NCBI GenBank assembly: GCA_950097015.1
Contig: CATNEN010000038.1
Location: 18,972,001 to 19,036,000 of the forward strand
Direction of reading: 5' to 3'
DNA from: Macrostomum hystrix
Lineage: Eukaryota; Animalia; Platyhelminthes
DNA: 64,000 nucleotides
Made by a program: the position numbers and the translations under genes. The first letter of the stretch is position 1. Each line of letters opens with the position of its first letter. This document shows, piece by piece, positions 27,194 through 41,393 of this stretch. The notes under the pieces were generated by a model that was not told the origin of the DNA, made no database searches, and saw only the letters and a program-made list of their open reading frames with translations.

Positions 27194-28229
27194 TATTTCT
27201 GCAGATAAATCTAATCTGGTTCCTTCTATTCTGGCTCATCGTTCCACATGGCATGACAATTTGAGTTGTCTATGGCTTACTTTCTCGTGTGAATTCAAAC
27301 ACTTGGCCACAGAATTCCATGGGCCGTTCCGTTTTACATGTCCACTGTTCCACATAGAGCGACAAAAGCAATACTAGCATGTACGTCATCTAAATCTAAT
27401 TCACCCATTGAATAGAGTGCTGTCTTATGTTGCTTCGACGAAGTGAGCACTGGCCGGGTCGTCTGGAAATGGTAGCAGTCCACTGTGACGCAAAACTGTT
27501 CGTCAAATAGAATTCCGGGCTGAAAGCAGAAGCTGACTCGAATCGCCATAAAATGTGGCGGCCAATCGGTGTGCAGCGGATAGAAGAAGATCCGCTTGAA
27601 TGAGTTTGAAAACATATGGTAGCCTTTGTGCTTGATGTCAGAAAATAGGAGTATGACGCCTGCTGATAAGCATATGACTTGCAATTCATTTTTCCACACA
27701 ATGAATGAGCGTCATCATCCATTAGTACATAGCTTCCATCCGAGCTGTGAATCGGAAATCGTACGTTTATATATCGATCTTACTATATCGATCACGTTTT
27801 TAGCAACTAAACATGTAGATTCCTCGCGGCACTAGATTTGACTGTTCGCCTGGATCGAGACTGCCCGGAATTTCCTTTGTTGTATATTTTAGCTCTGGCT
27901 CGAGCCAAATAAACGATCCAAATAAAGGTGACCAAAAAAATCCGCCAGCGCCGACCTCGGCTGGAGTAGCTGGACTCAATAAAGCCTCGATCAGTTTTGT
28001 CGGGGGCCTAAAATCAGGACACCACAAACGCTTTCCACATGTGACCGAATCTTTGAAACTGATGAGACTCGAGCTGTTCCGCCAGCGCCGACCTCGGCTC
28101 GAGTCGGACTCGATGAAGCCTCGATCGGTTTTATTGGGGGTCGAGTTGATGAAGAAGACTTCAGATCTGTCAATCAATTAATTACAGACTTTAATAAGCG
28201 GCCAAAAACAGGACACTAAAAACTGCACT

Positions 28230-28460
28230 GGTCCACAAAGAACGCTTGGAAGACACGGCAGCCGACCTGTCACGGCCACGAACGACTTCAACACCGACAA
28301 TGTCATAGTAGTGATCTGCGCCGATTAAGATTGAGATCGGTGTGCTTGCATCACGTGGGTAGTAAGGATCCGCTAACTTCAAGCCTTGCAGATGAGGAAT
28401 ATCGTTCAACAAGACTGAGCGCTGAGGCTCGCAGATCTCTTTGACAACATTAGCGCGCAA
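28230..28460 (-). mobile_element. BEL/Pao LTR-retrotransposon fragment (peptidase/DUF1758 region)
   Basis: PHLQGLKLADP...ISILIGADHYYDIV...VVRG is a typical BEL/Pao motif. Confidence 0.85.
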
Positions 28461-28557
28461 TTAAATAGAGGAAATAATCTTGATTTAAAGGGAGTAATTT
28501 GGATTTTTGGTGGAAAATTGGGATTTCAAGGGAGTAATTCAGATTTTGAGAGAGAAA

Positions 28558-28742
28558 GTGGGATTTTAGATGTAGGGAGTGGGATTTAGATGTAGGGAGT
28601 GGGATTTAGATGGAGTGAGTGGGATTTAGATGGAGTGAGTGGGATTTAGATGTAGGGAGTGGGATTTAGATGGAGGGAGTGGGATTTAGATGGAGGGAGT
28701 GGGATTTAGATGGAGGGAGTGGGATTTAGATGGATTGAGTGG
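28558..28742. repeat. 20-bp minisatellite, ~9 copies
   Basis: Unit GTGGGATTTAGATGGAGGGA. Confidence 0.9.
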
Positions 28743-29061
28743 TTCGCTCAATCGGATAACCTACCAAGCTTGCCCATTGTGAAGGTTGGACGCTTTGAGT
28801 CCTCAGCCTACGGACTCAATGCGTCAAAATCCTGACGGCGACGCTTTTTGAGCTGACCAAACTCATCCCTAATCATCGGCCAAGACCCGTCGGTTATGCT
28901 CCCATCGAGTCCAGGGTGACAAACAAATAAACTGTCGACTGACTTCACATCCAGCTGAGTTGTGTACATTGACTGATGTCAATCTTGAAGCTTTACACAT
29001 TATTTACAACTAGCTTAGATCTAGCGTACAACACCTCACACAATACTAATTTACAACCATT

Positions 29062-29455
29062 ATAATATATGTACATGCACCCACCCAATCAACAGCCTTC
29101 ATAATATATGTACATTCATCCACCCAATCAACAGCCTTCATAATATATGTACATGCATCCACCCAATCAACAGCCTTCATAATATATGTACATGCACCCA
29201 CCCAATCAACAGCCTTCATAATATATGTACATTCATCCACCCAATCAACAGCCTTCATAATATATGTACATGCATCCACCCAATCAACAGCCTTCATAAT
29301 ATATGTACATGCACCCACCCAATCAACAGCCTTCATAATATATGTACATGCATCCACCCAATCAACAGCCTTCATAATATATGTACATGCACCCACCCAA
29401 TCAACAGCCTTCATAATATATGTACATGCATCCACCCAATCAACAGCCTTCATAA
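29062..29455. repeat. 39-bp minisatellite, ~10 copies
   Basis: Unit ATAATATATGTACATGCAYCCACCCAATCAACAGCCTTC. Confidence 0.95.
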
Positions 29456-30544
29456 AGTGTACCAATCTAGAATATTCAGTATTTAAATATTATTTATCCA
29501 CAATTCTCCAAGTAAATTCGCACTAATTGCGCTAATAGCATTGCTTTTTTAGCAGAAAGTTACAGTTAAAATGAAAAAACACGCATTACACAAAGCAACT
29601 GTAAAGCACTTACGTCAGGATGGAGCGCTGACTGATACAAACACAAATAAACGGAAAGCAATTAATTATATTAGCTGTGCTGCTACATTTACTAATTATT
29701 CATAGTACTCGTCATTGAATATTGTAGAGTAGGGGGATGAGAACCGCACAGAAGTATTTATATAGACACACAACATTGAGAAAGTAGAGTTTTGATAGCT
29801 GATACTAATGTGTAATATAATATATAGATAAGTAAATAAACAATGATTTACAAAATAAAAATAGAGACCGAACAAAAGAATAAAAACGGATAATAATAAA
29901 ACTTAGCGCAAATTCGTGGCCAATTTGTTAATTTAAGATAAGCTAAATACTAGTTTTGCGCACTTCAACATTGTCTGGACAATAAAAATGTGTCGAAAAT
30001 AAAATAGGCCTTACGAGAAAAGAGCTTCTACATTTGCAAACTGACAAATCAAATACGAGTTCAGTGAAGCTGATGAAAATCAACAACAGAAGACTTGTGC
30101 TTGCTTTAACCAGCTACAACTAGAAAACTAACAGCAGAAGCATTGCAATCAATACGTTTGGGGAGACAAATTAAGAGTGTTGGGATTGCCTCCCCACTAT
30201 TAAAATATTCATATAGTAAGTCATAAAATAAAAACTAGGTTGACAAGCCGTAAGCTACACCGGAAATTCGTATTTTTATTAGCAGGACAATTATTAGCTG
30301 ATTATAAAAAAGTATAAATAATATTACATAGTACGTTAGCAGCAATAAGGTACCGATAACTAGTCCAGAGAGTTAGCAGATAGCGTGCAGTGCAGCAGAG
30401 TAGAGAAACAATATAAGGAATGAAGACATTGGGACACACTGGGAAGACAAAAATAATATCAATAGACTTAAAGTAACAATTTTTTCAGAATAACTATTGT
30501 AGATTAACCACCTCAGGGACCACCACTAAAAATATAAAATAATT

Positions 30545-31252
30545 GTACACTGCGGTGGGTGGGGACTGACCAGGAGTGAGTGTACACTAGGGTGGATGCC
30601 ATAGATATGGAATTAAAGTACACTGCAGTGGGTGGAGGCTGACCAGGAGTGAGTGTACACTAGGGTGGATGCCATAGATATGGAATTAAAGTACACTGCA
30701 CTGGATGGAGGCTGACCAGGAGTGAGTGTACACTAGGGTGGATGCCATAGATATGGAATTAAAGTACACTGCAGTGGGTGGAGGCTGACCAGGAGTGAGT
30801 GTACACTAGGGTGGATGCCATAGATATGGAATTAAAAAACACTGCAGTGGGTGGAGGCTGACCAGGAGTGAGTGTACACTAGGGTGGATGCCATAGATAT
30901 GGAATTAAAGTACACTGCAGTGGATGGAGGCTGACCAGGAGTGAGTGTGCACTAGGGTGGATGCCATAGATATGGAATTAAAGTACACTGCAGTGGATGG
31001 AGGCTGACTAAGAGTGAGTGTACACTAGGGTGGATGCCATAGATATGGAATTAAAGTACACTGCAGTGGATGGAGGCTGATCAGGAGTGAGTGTACACTA
31101 GGGTGGATGCCATAGATATGGAATTAAAGTACACTGCAGTGGATGGAGGCTGATCAGGAGTGAGTGTACACTAGGGTGGATGCCATAGATATGGAATTAA
31201 AGTACACTGCAGTGGGTGGAGGCTGATCAGGAGTGAGTGTGCACTAGGGTGG
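30545..31252. repeat. 73-bp minisatellite, ~10 copies
   Basis: GTACACTGCAGTGG...GGAATTAAA, period 73 (30618, 30691 and onward). Confidence 0.95.
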
Positions 31253-32685
31253 CAGTAATAGGGGAATTAATGTACACAGTATACAAGTGTACATTTCATT
31301 TGCACCCAGTCAACATGTACAGATGAATGCGGACTAGGGTTTTGTTAAAACATGCCTAAATGTTTTCTGATTGGTTATTTAAAAATCCGTATCAACATTA
31401 TCCTAGGTGAGTCGGTAAAACAGAAAATCTTAGACGATAAAAAGCAATTTAGTCAAAGTGCGCAGTATTGCATAGCTACAATCAAACTAAAGAGTATAAA
31501 ATGTGACTGGCTTGTAAAGAAACTAAAAAAGGAGCATTAATCGAGCAACAGAAATGGAGTAACAAAACAGGCAGCTAGCTGGTCGGATGGCGGGCTTTTA
31601 CAAAACAAAACAAACAGTGCAGAAGCGGTAACGCAAAGCGCAAGCAAACAAAGAAAGCCCAAATTTTCGGTGGATCTAGTATTTCAGTAGCAAATAGATA
31701 GATTAAATATAAATAAATGATTCAGAATTCAATAAGCTATATGTAACTTAAATAGGAAAGCAATCTTACACTAACTAAAGCATCCAGCAGAACAGAATTA
31801 AAAACTTGGTTTAAAAAACACGGTAGAAAAAATGTTATGCACTAATCGCATAATAAATAACAATCGAGGCTTTTAAAAAAGAATTCACTTACATTTCCTA
31901 TTCAAGAAAAGCATTTATATTATATATATAGATAGGCATTACCGATATTAAAAAATGATTAACTGGCCTCTTTAAGTATAGCATTCGGCCAAAATAAATT
32001 TAATATAAATAATTAAATAATAACCAGATAAAATTTAATAAAACAGTAAAAAAAGAAACGAACAAATTCGGACTAAAATGAAGGTAGAGAAACAAAATAA
32101 TGCAATAAGGGAGCTGGAGAGATACAGAGAGAACGAGTTACGTTAATAAATGAAAATTATTAACAACTATTTACAGACTTTTTGTTAGTAATTCCGATTT
32201 AGTAAGGGTTGCTTAAGCATTTCGTATCAGTTAAGAACCTGCATAAGTGCGCACAAAATCAATAGGAAAAGAAGCATATTTAAATTCCACTTCGGTAAGT
32301 AAGAAAATGATTTCATGCACGCTTAGCCCTACTTGTGAGTAGTTATTAAAATTCTAAAAACATAATAATTGAGATGAGTGCAAAGGTAAAGCTGAATCGA
32401 TTCTAGAAATTCGAAAGCATATGCTATACGCAAGCACGGGGTACGCCTAAAAGTTGCGACTTATAAAATTGATTGCAATTCCAAATAATGATTTTAATAC
32501 AAGACAAAAAACTAATATGCAATGCTACTGACTGTGATTATAGAAACTGAGACTGAATATTGCCCATAAAGGGAACCGTCCCTGCCCACTAGGAAAAATC
32601 GGCTAAAGGGATATTTTATTGACCGTAAAAAAATTTCTGTGAGGATTTTTGGCCTTAATGGTAATTTCAGAAATTTTCTCTCTGA

Positions 32686-33170
32686 ACTATTGGCCACAGG
32701 GATAAGTGTCTGAGGGTTATTGGGCATTAGGATGATTCTCGGGATTATTGGTCACGGGGATAATTTGTCAAGGATTTTGAGTACAGGGATAAGTGTCTGA
32801 GGATTATTGGGCATTAGGATGATTCTCGGGATTATTGGCCACGGGGATAATTTGTGAAGGATTATTGAGTACAGGGATAAGTGTCTGAGGATTATTGGGC
32901 ATTAGGATGATTCTCGGGATTATTGGCCACGGGGATAATTTGTGAAGGATTATTGAGTACAGGGATAAGTGTCTGAGGATTATTGGGCATTAGGATGATT
33001 CTCGGGATTTTTGGTCAAAGGGAAAATTATCTGGATATTATCGTCACAGGAAAGTGTCTGAGGATTATTTGGCAGACAATTTGATTAATTATAGGAATTG
33101 GCCACAGGGATAATTGTCTAAGTATAATTGGGCATTAGAATAATTCTAGGAAATTATTGGTCACTGATTT
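32686..33170. repeat. 87-bp repeat built from three ~29-bp subunits
   Basis: ACAGGGATAAGTGTCTGAGG at 32696, 32783, 32871 and onward; each subunit contains GGAT...GGATTATTG. Confidence 0.88.
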
Positions 33171-33583
33171 AGGTGAATTACGCGGATAACTGTCTACGAG
33201 CATAATCGCCTATGAAATAATGGCTAACAGTGGTAATATTGCATATTAGGATAATTATGCCAATGACAGAACCTTAAGTTGAGTTTAAGGCGAGTAAGTT
33301 ACGAGAGTAAAAGCATGTAGCAACAGTTAGAGCAGTAATGGCTTAAAAAATATCCGGCACATGGGTACTAAAAATTTGAACTGAAGACTTCATTACAAAC
33401 ATGTAATAAAAAGAGGAGACATCTCGAATTGATCTATACTCAAGAGAGGAGCCTATTGCTCAGTGCATGCTTACTGCTGTCCACGCCTGCACTAGTTGAA
33501 ATATTCAAAGAAAAAAACAAAAAAATAATGATACGACACGGCGGAGCTTAGCTATAAAAGTCCCGGCTGGTTAGCATTGCCGC

Positions 33584-33612
33584 TTATCTTCTTGCCAGCT
33601 CCTGCTTGAAGG
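33584..33612 (-). CDS. ENAH: Ena/VASP last coding exon
   Basis: TAG acceptor 33615-33613. (A)FKQELARR* completes the tetramerisation helix. Confidence 0.88.
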
Positions 33613-33702
33613 CTAAAATAAAAAGAAGAAAATGTTCCCATTGGGTAAATGCTGAAATTTAAGGCGATACTTGAATTAAGCGTAAGAGAGCGTTTTAATT
33701 AC

Positions 33703-34063
33703 CTTCAATGATGTCTCTCTTAGCGGCTGCAATCTCCCTGCGAACTTCGTCTAAAATTTCAGCCTTTAACTGCTGCAGCTCTTTAGAGAGGCCGTTGAAA
33801 GCTCCATCAGAGCCGGCGGCTTCGTCCATCAGACAGGCTGGCCGGCCGCGAAGGGTGCCATTCGATTTAGAAGCCGGCGAGCTGTTCGAATTCCGGCCAG
33901 CCGGACTAGTATCGGCATTGTTAGCCGCTGACACCGCCGAGGCCGCTGCGGCTCCAGCTGAGCCGGCGGAAACGCTGAATGAGCGATTGTGCTTCTTTAT
34001 TGTGCCAGTGGCGTTTTCAGGCACTGGCTCATTCGATTGGGCAGGTGGTCCACCATCCGGTGG
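33703..34063 (-). CDS. ENAH: Ena/VASP exon 3 (EVH2 C-terminal coiled coil)
   Basis: ELQQLKAEILDEVRREIAAAKRDIIE. CAG acceptor 34066-34064, GTAAT donor 33702. Confidence 0.92.
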
Positions 34064-34296
34064 CTGCGAGAGAATATAGAAAGATTTTTTTTTCGTGAGG
34101 TAAAGTCATCTACTAAAAGTAGAGTATCACGATTTTTATGAGCATACGTTTTTCGATACATATCGTGAGCACAAAAATCCTCTGAAACTAACTTTAAGTA
34201 TAAAAAACGATAAATAGTTCACTCTTTAATTTTTACAGGAAAGTATAGAAATTTAGCAGGTTACATAAAAAATGGAGACAAAAAAAATTGGCAAAA

Positions 34297-34369
34297 TACC
34301 CGTGACGGGACTCGAACCCGCAATCTTCTACTTAGGAGGCAGACGCCTTATCCATTAGGCCACACGGGC
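34297..34369 (-). tRNA. tRNA-Arg(CCT)
   Basis: GCCCGTGTGGCCTAATGGATAAGGCGTCTGCCTCCTAAGTAGAAGATTGCGGGTTCGAGTCCCGTCACGGGTA. Full cloverleaf, 73 nt, followed by TTTT. Confidence 0.95.
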
Positions 34370-34471
34370 TTACGAATTTGGAGTGTCTGAGAGAATAATT
34401 TATTCACACTTTTTACCCGGCTCTTAATCTAAGTTGAGACTCACGGGAATTAGCTTATAATTTAATGCTTA

Positions 34472-35266
34472 GATCAGATATTGTCCCAGCATCCTTAATA
34501 ACCTGCGATCAGCTATTGTCCCAGCATCCTTAATAACCTGCGATCAGCTCTTGTCCCAGCATCCTTAATAACCTGCGATCAGATATTGTCCCAGCATCCT
34601 TAATAACCTGCGATCACATATTGTCCCAGCATCCTTAATAACCTGCGATCAGCTCTTGTCCCACCATCCTTAATAACCTGCGATCAGCTCTTGTCCCAGC
34701 ATCCTTAATAACCTGCGATCAGATATTGTCCCAGCATCCTTAATAACCTGCGATCAGCTATTGTCCCAGCATCCTTAATAACCTGCGATCAGCTCTTGTC
34801 CCACCATCCTTAATAACCTGCGATCAGCTCTTGTCCCAGCATCCTTAATAACCTGCGATCAGCTCTTGTCCCAGCATCCTTAATAACCTGCGATCAGCTA
34901 TTGTCCCAGCATCCTTAATAACCTGCGATCAGATATTGTCCCAGCATCCTTAATAACCTGCGATCAGATATTGTCCCAGCATCCTTAATAACCTGCGATC
35001 AGATATTGTCCCAGCATCCTTAATAACCTGCGATCAGCTCTTGTCCCAGCATCCTTAATAACCTGCGATCAGCTCTTGTCCCAGCATCCTTAATAACCTG
35101 CGATCAGATATTGTCCCAGCATCCTTAATAACCTGCGATCAGCTATTGTCCCAGCATCCTTAATAACCTGCGATCAGATATTGTCCCAGCATCCTTAATA
35201 ACCTGCGATCAGCTATTGTCCCAGCATCCTTAATAACCTGCGATCAGATATTGTCCCAGCATCCTT
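34472..35266. repeat. 35-bp minisatellite, ~23 copies (Ena/VASP intron)
   Basis: Unit GATCAGCTATTGTCCCAGCATCCTTAATAACCTGC. Confidence 0.95.
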
Positions 35267-36004
35267 GACATTAAGCTAGGCACAGTTCTTGTCGCAACGT
35301 TTCTTAACCTACACTTAACGTTCAAATCTAAGATGTGTTCATTCCGCTATCCTGCTTAACCGACGAACATTTTTATTAAAATATGTGACACTAGCGGAAT
35401 TTCGCTCTCACAATTTGCATTTTGTGAAAAAAATTTACGCAGTTAAAGGTTCGCTTTAGTGATACGCAATTCTTATTGCTTGTAGCTTATCGTTAAGTAA
35501 ATTCGCATAGCTGTTTTTTAAGATTGTAGCGCAGTTTACCCGCAGTTATAATAACATGGCAGTCTTAGATGAGAGAGATATAACATAGCTAATTGAAATA
35601 ACGAAGTTAACAGCTGGAAATTGTTAATCGTATTTGTTTTGTTCTGTAAACTAGACTAGGACGTTCAACATCTCTATGATCTACATATCTAGGATCTCAA
35701 AGTAAAGTATTCATCAGCAACATAGATGATGAGAGCCAGACGCGCAGATTGAATGAAATTGGGCACGGAAAAATTCACAAAAGTAATAATCCTGAATATT
35801 AAATGCTGGATTGTCTCCAAAAGGCGTGGCATTCATTTGCTTGAGCAGGATAAAAATTCGAACTAAATTTTCTTTCACGCTTGCCAAGCGAATCAAGCAA
35901 GAAAGTGTAGGGAACAAACTCAAGGACTTAAATCTAAGCTTTTTTGTGCAGCTTAATGCTTGTGAGTAAGTGTCAGAAACCGTTTTTTGAACGCAAAATA
36001 AGCT

Positions 36005-36696
36005 GTGGGAGTTCGGATCGCTTAAACACCAGTGCTGAGGGATTTGGGATTGCTAAAATACCGGTGCAGTGGGATTTCGGATTGCTAAAACACCTGTGCT
36101 GTGCGATTTCGGATTGCTGAAATACCAGTTTAATGGAATTTCGGATTGCTAAAACACCTGTGCGGTGGGATTTCGGATTGCTAAAATACCGGTGCAGTGG
36201 GATTTCGGATTGCTAAAACACCTGTGCTGTGCGATTTCGGATTGCTGAAATACCAGTTTAATGGAATTTCGGATTGCTAAAACACCTGTGCGGTGGGATT
36301 TCGGATTGCTGAAATACCAGTTTAATGGAATTTCGGATTGCTAAAACACCTGTGCGGTGGGATTTCGGATTGCTGAAATACCAGTTTAATGGAATTTCGG
36401 ATTGCTAAAACACCTGTGCGGTGGGATTTCGGATTGCTGAAATACCAGTTTAATGGAATTTCGGCTTGCTAAAACACCTGTGCTGTGGGATTACTAATTG
36501 CTAAAACACCTGTGCTGTGGGATTACTAATTGCTAAAACACTGTGATGTGGGACTTCGGATTGCTAAAACACTGTGATGTGGGACTTCGGATTGCTAAAA
36601 CACTGTGATGTGGGACTTAGGATTGCTAAAACACTGTGATGTGGGACTTAGGATTGCTAAAACACTGTGATGTGGGACTTAGGATTGCTAAAACAC
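36005..36696. repeat. 31-32 bp minisatellite with alternating variants
   Basis: GGATTGCTAAAACACCTGTG...GGGATTTC and variants. Confidence 0.9.
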
Positions 36697-37087
36697 ATGT
36701 AAATCACGATGAGTTTTAACATGTTTAATTCTAGTACACCTACAAGCTAAAGTTCAGTGCCAAATAACTTTGCTGCTATGCAATCTAACATGCCTATCAA
36801 TAACTAGTAAACTGAAGAGAATTTCACTCGCGTCAATGATAAACTGCTGGTGCATTATACAAAAACTGCAACTGTCCATTGCTTTCCATGGATCAAGTAA
36901 ACTGTTAAACAATCTTATAAACAGTCCATTTGAATTCAATTCAACTATTACATTGCTTTAGCTTGTAAAATTAGAGAAAATCCTAAGCTAGATGTGTGAT
37001 GTGTGAAGGCTTAAGCTGTTCATATTGAAATTACAATTTGCGTCATAAAAAGCAAAAGGAAACAAGGATGTGATAAAAGATGCCCTA

Positions 37088-38440
<1,353 letters not shown>

Positions 38441-38845
38441 TCATAATGGAGACAGACAAAATGATCTGGCATTGAAGCACACTGCATAAGCTTTTCTATG
38501 CTTGATAATCTTACATCTACAGAATAACTAGCGAAAATCTAGAAATATACTTTTTTGTGTTGTCTAGATCTGGTAGGTAATTTACTTAAATAATTTCTTT
38601 CCTGAAATTTGGAAACCAAAATAGCATAGTTGTGCCAACTGAGCACCATAGCATTTTATAATTTTATTTGGCACTCTAAATTTAAACACTACATTTTAGG
38701 AAAAGTATATTGTATCTTTATGATTGTTTTAAGTTAGTATCAAGTTTTTTTTGTAGTGACTCTTGTGTACAAAAGAAATGGAATAAAAATGCTAATAATT
38801 GTACTGACAATTTGACTATAAATTTCTTCAAATATAAATTTGACT

Positions 38846-39092
38846 CATACATGCGCAACCTCCCAAATCTTAGCTGGCCATGCAACTTTTTGCTCTATTT
38901 ACGACTTAGTTTGCTCTCATTTGCTCTCTTCTTCTCTCCCCTTTTTCCTTTTCTTCACGCCTTCCTTTTTTGTCCCTTGGTCCCCCCTTTGATTTTTTTG
39001 CGCTTGGTTGATTGGTTTTTGCGACTTACCTTGCTTGGCCCTTGTTTCACCCAGCCAGTTCGGCCGGGTTGGCCGGGTGTTGCGCATGTATG
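38846..39092 (-). mobile_element. hAT MITE family 2, intact copy
   Basis: 14-bp TIR CATACATGCGCAAC...GTTGCGCATGTATG, perfect 8-bp TSD ATTTGACT (38838-38845, 39093-39100). Confidence 0.92.
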
Positions 39093-40539
39093 ATTTGACT
39101 GAACTTTAAACTAAAAACTTGATGGGTCCCAATTTGGCTACATGGACAGTGGAAACTTTGTCATTCTATCTACCTATGCTTTTTGATGTTTGGTACTTTG
39201 TCATCTGCCATATGCATTAAACAGGTTGCAGTCTCTTTGTCTGCTGCCATCTTGTTTACCAACAGATGGGTTGCCTTTTTGTAAACAAATCAAATTCATG
39301 AGCAGATAAATAATTTAGACACATAATTTGTTTTGATGGCTGTGAGAACAAGCCATTAAAATGAATCAAATCTTGCTGAGATTTGCTGCAGAATAAAGTA
39401 ACACATACATAAAACACCATGACTAGGGACACGGTGGCCGTGCCTAAATCTATGTCTAAGGACACGGCCACCATATCACTAGCTACCATTGCTACTCTGT
39501 GCCTAGAGCCACGGCAGCCGTGTTTTTAGCTGTGTGGACTCGCGGCATGGCCGCCATGTCCCTAGCTCTGTGTATGGGGACACAGTGGCCGTGTTCCTAG
39601 TAATCTACCACTCACATGCCTGGGGGCACAGCGGTTGTCTCTGAACAATGGGCTTTAAATGCAACATGATTCGATACATGTACATAAGGTAGCTCGAACG
39701 TTGCAGGTAGTATCCGTAAAGATGGTCAAATATTGTGTTGATCAATCTTTTCCAATCCAATATACTAAAACTCACAAGTATATACTGTGTCGTGGATCCG
39801 AGTTTGTCTTTTGGTCAAATAGGCTGTTTCTTCACTTCTCTGATTTTTGCCTAAATCCATTTATCCCCCTTTTTCAAAATCCTAGTTTCGCCACTGCATG
39901 TAAAAAGGCTGTAAGCCAAGGAATTAAGGCAGCCCTTGATGATAATGCATGCATGCAGTATACTTAGCTACTATTACTAATGTCTATAAGTTTGTATGAA
40001 TCGATCGAAATGTCTAGCTACTGATACAAGAAAATAACTAAGTGACGTGTTAACAAACAACGTTTCTACATTTTAATGCTACGACAACTATAGTGCTTCT
40101 TTTTACTCTCAGCCTCTTGCAAACTCTGCAGGCGCCAACCCTGTCTTTTACATTCTACAATCAGCTTGTATTTCCAAATATACTTTTCACACTAAAATAA
40201 TATGGTGCACAAATAATATAGACAAAAATACTATATTGGATCATGGCAGCAAATAAAAGACAAGAAACCACATTGAATACTTTGAAATCCCTTTATGATG
40301 AAGACACTTCGTATTTCTTCTTCTTGGCAATTAGCTTAGGCCAATAGAAATAAAATGTACACAAATTTAAATAAAGCAAAATATTTTGTGATAGACAAGA
40401 AAATAATTCTTATATTAATAAAAACTGTTTTTGTGATAACTTAAAGTATATTACTTATAATTTTATTTGAGAATAGAGGGGCCTCGAAGCGAAGCCAAAC
40501 AGCAGAATATTAGCAGCAATAAATATGTATATTACTTAC

Positions 40540-40598
40540 ATGTTTCGTTATATAACGGGAAAATTCGCTTATTCGTTATTTAAATTCTTCTAAACAAC
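40540..40598 (-). CDS. ENAH: Ena/VASP first coding exon (5'UTR plus the AT of a split ATG)
   Basis: CAG acceptor 40601-40599. The exon ends AACAT|GTAAGT, and joining to G-GAA-CAA gives M-E-Q-A-I. Confidence 0.7.
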
Positions 40599-41393
40599 CT
40601 GCCAGTGCCAAGAAAATGTTTCATTCGACAAAGGATTGTGTTAAATTAAATGCATGCAGGTATTTAAAGCGCATAAGTAAGGCTAATTATTAATTTAGAT
40701 TTAGCAATGCAAAGCCGCCACATTAACTATCATCTATGGTACAAATAGATGAAGTAAAATTGAATGAGCAGTTCATGGATTACAGTAATAATTACGCATT
40801 TGAAAATTGCGGTTAGTCAGACGGCGTAGGGTTGACAGAGCAGATTAAAACAAACCGTTAAATATAGAATATGAAAAGAGGTTGTAAAAGCAATTTTTTA
40901 CAGACACACAATAATTTTCATCTAATAGAATCGCTTAAGTACTAATTCGAGTGTCTTTAACTGATGTACTAGTTCGACGTTTTCGAGTCGTATTTGAATG
41001 TAAGATTTATATTTTGTCGTATTTCTTGGGAGACAGAGTTTTATCTACTGTTTATATGCATCTGATTTAATTACTCGATAAACAAAAAAGACTCACTGAC
41101 TGAAAAAAATTATGACTACTTGTTACTAAATTCGCTGTTACTGACTTTTGTGTGGTAAAACGTCTGAATATAAAACCTTGCCCCCCTGTTCAGCTAGTTA
41201 TGTAAGCTTATAAGGTATTAAAGTTAAGCTTCAGCCTTATTACTCAAATTGTAATAATAGCTAGACATCTTGACTTCTAGACTTTCATGTCATATATAGA
41301 CTTATTTAAATTTTAACTTTTATATTTAGTCTAGACATTGCCAACACTTATGTTGGAGGGCTCTTTCTTATTATTTATACTTATCAGTATTTA

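Larger units (their letters stand above)
25080..27371 (+). mobile_element. IS630/Tc1-type DNA transposon (outer), internally deleted
   Basis: ~153-bp TIRs (25080-25232 / ~27219-27371), TA|TTGCTTTTGTC...GACAAAAGCAA|TA. Confidence 0.93.

Noticed and set aside
28010-28030. TGG TGT CCT GAT resembling the antizyme frameshift context
   Set aside because: One base short of WCS*, and no antizyme ORF2 motifs downstream.
30545-36696. Regular arrays that look superficially like CRISPR
   Set aside because: No unique spacers, no cas genes, eukaryotic context.
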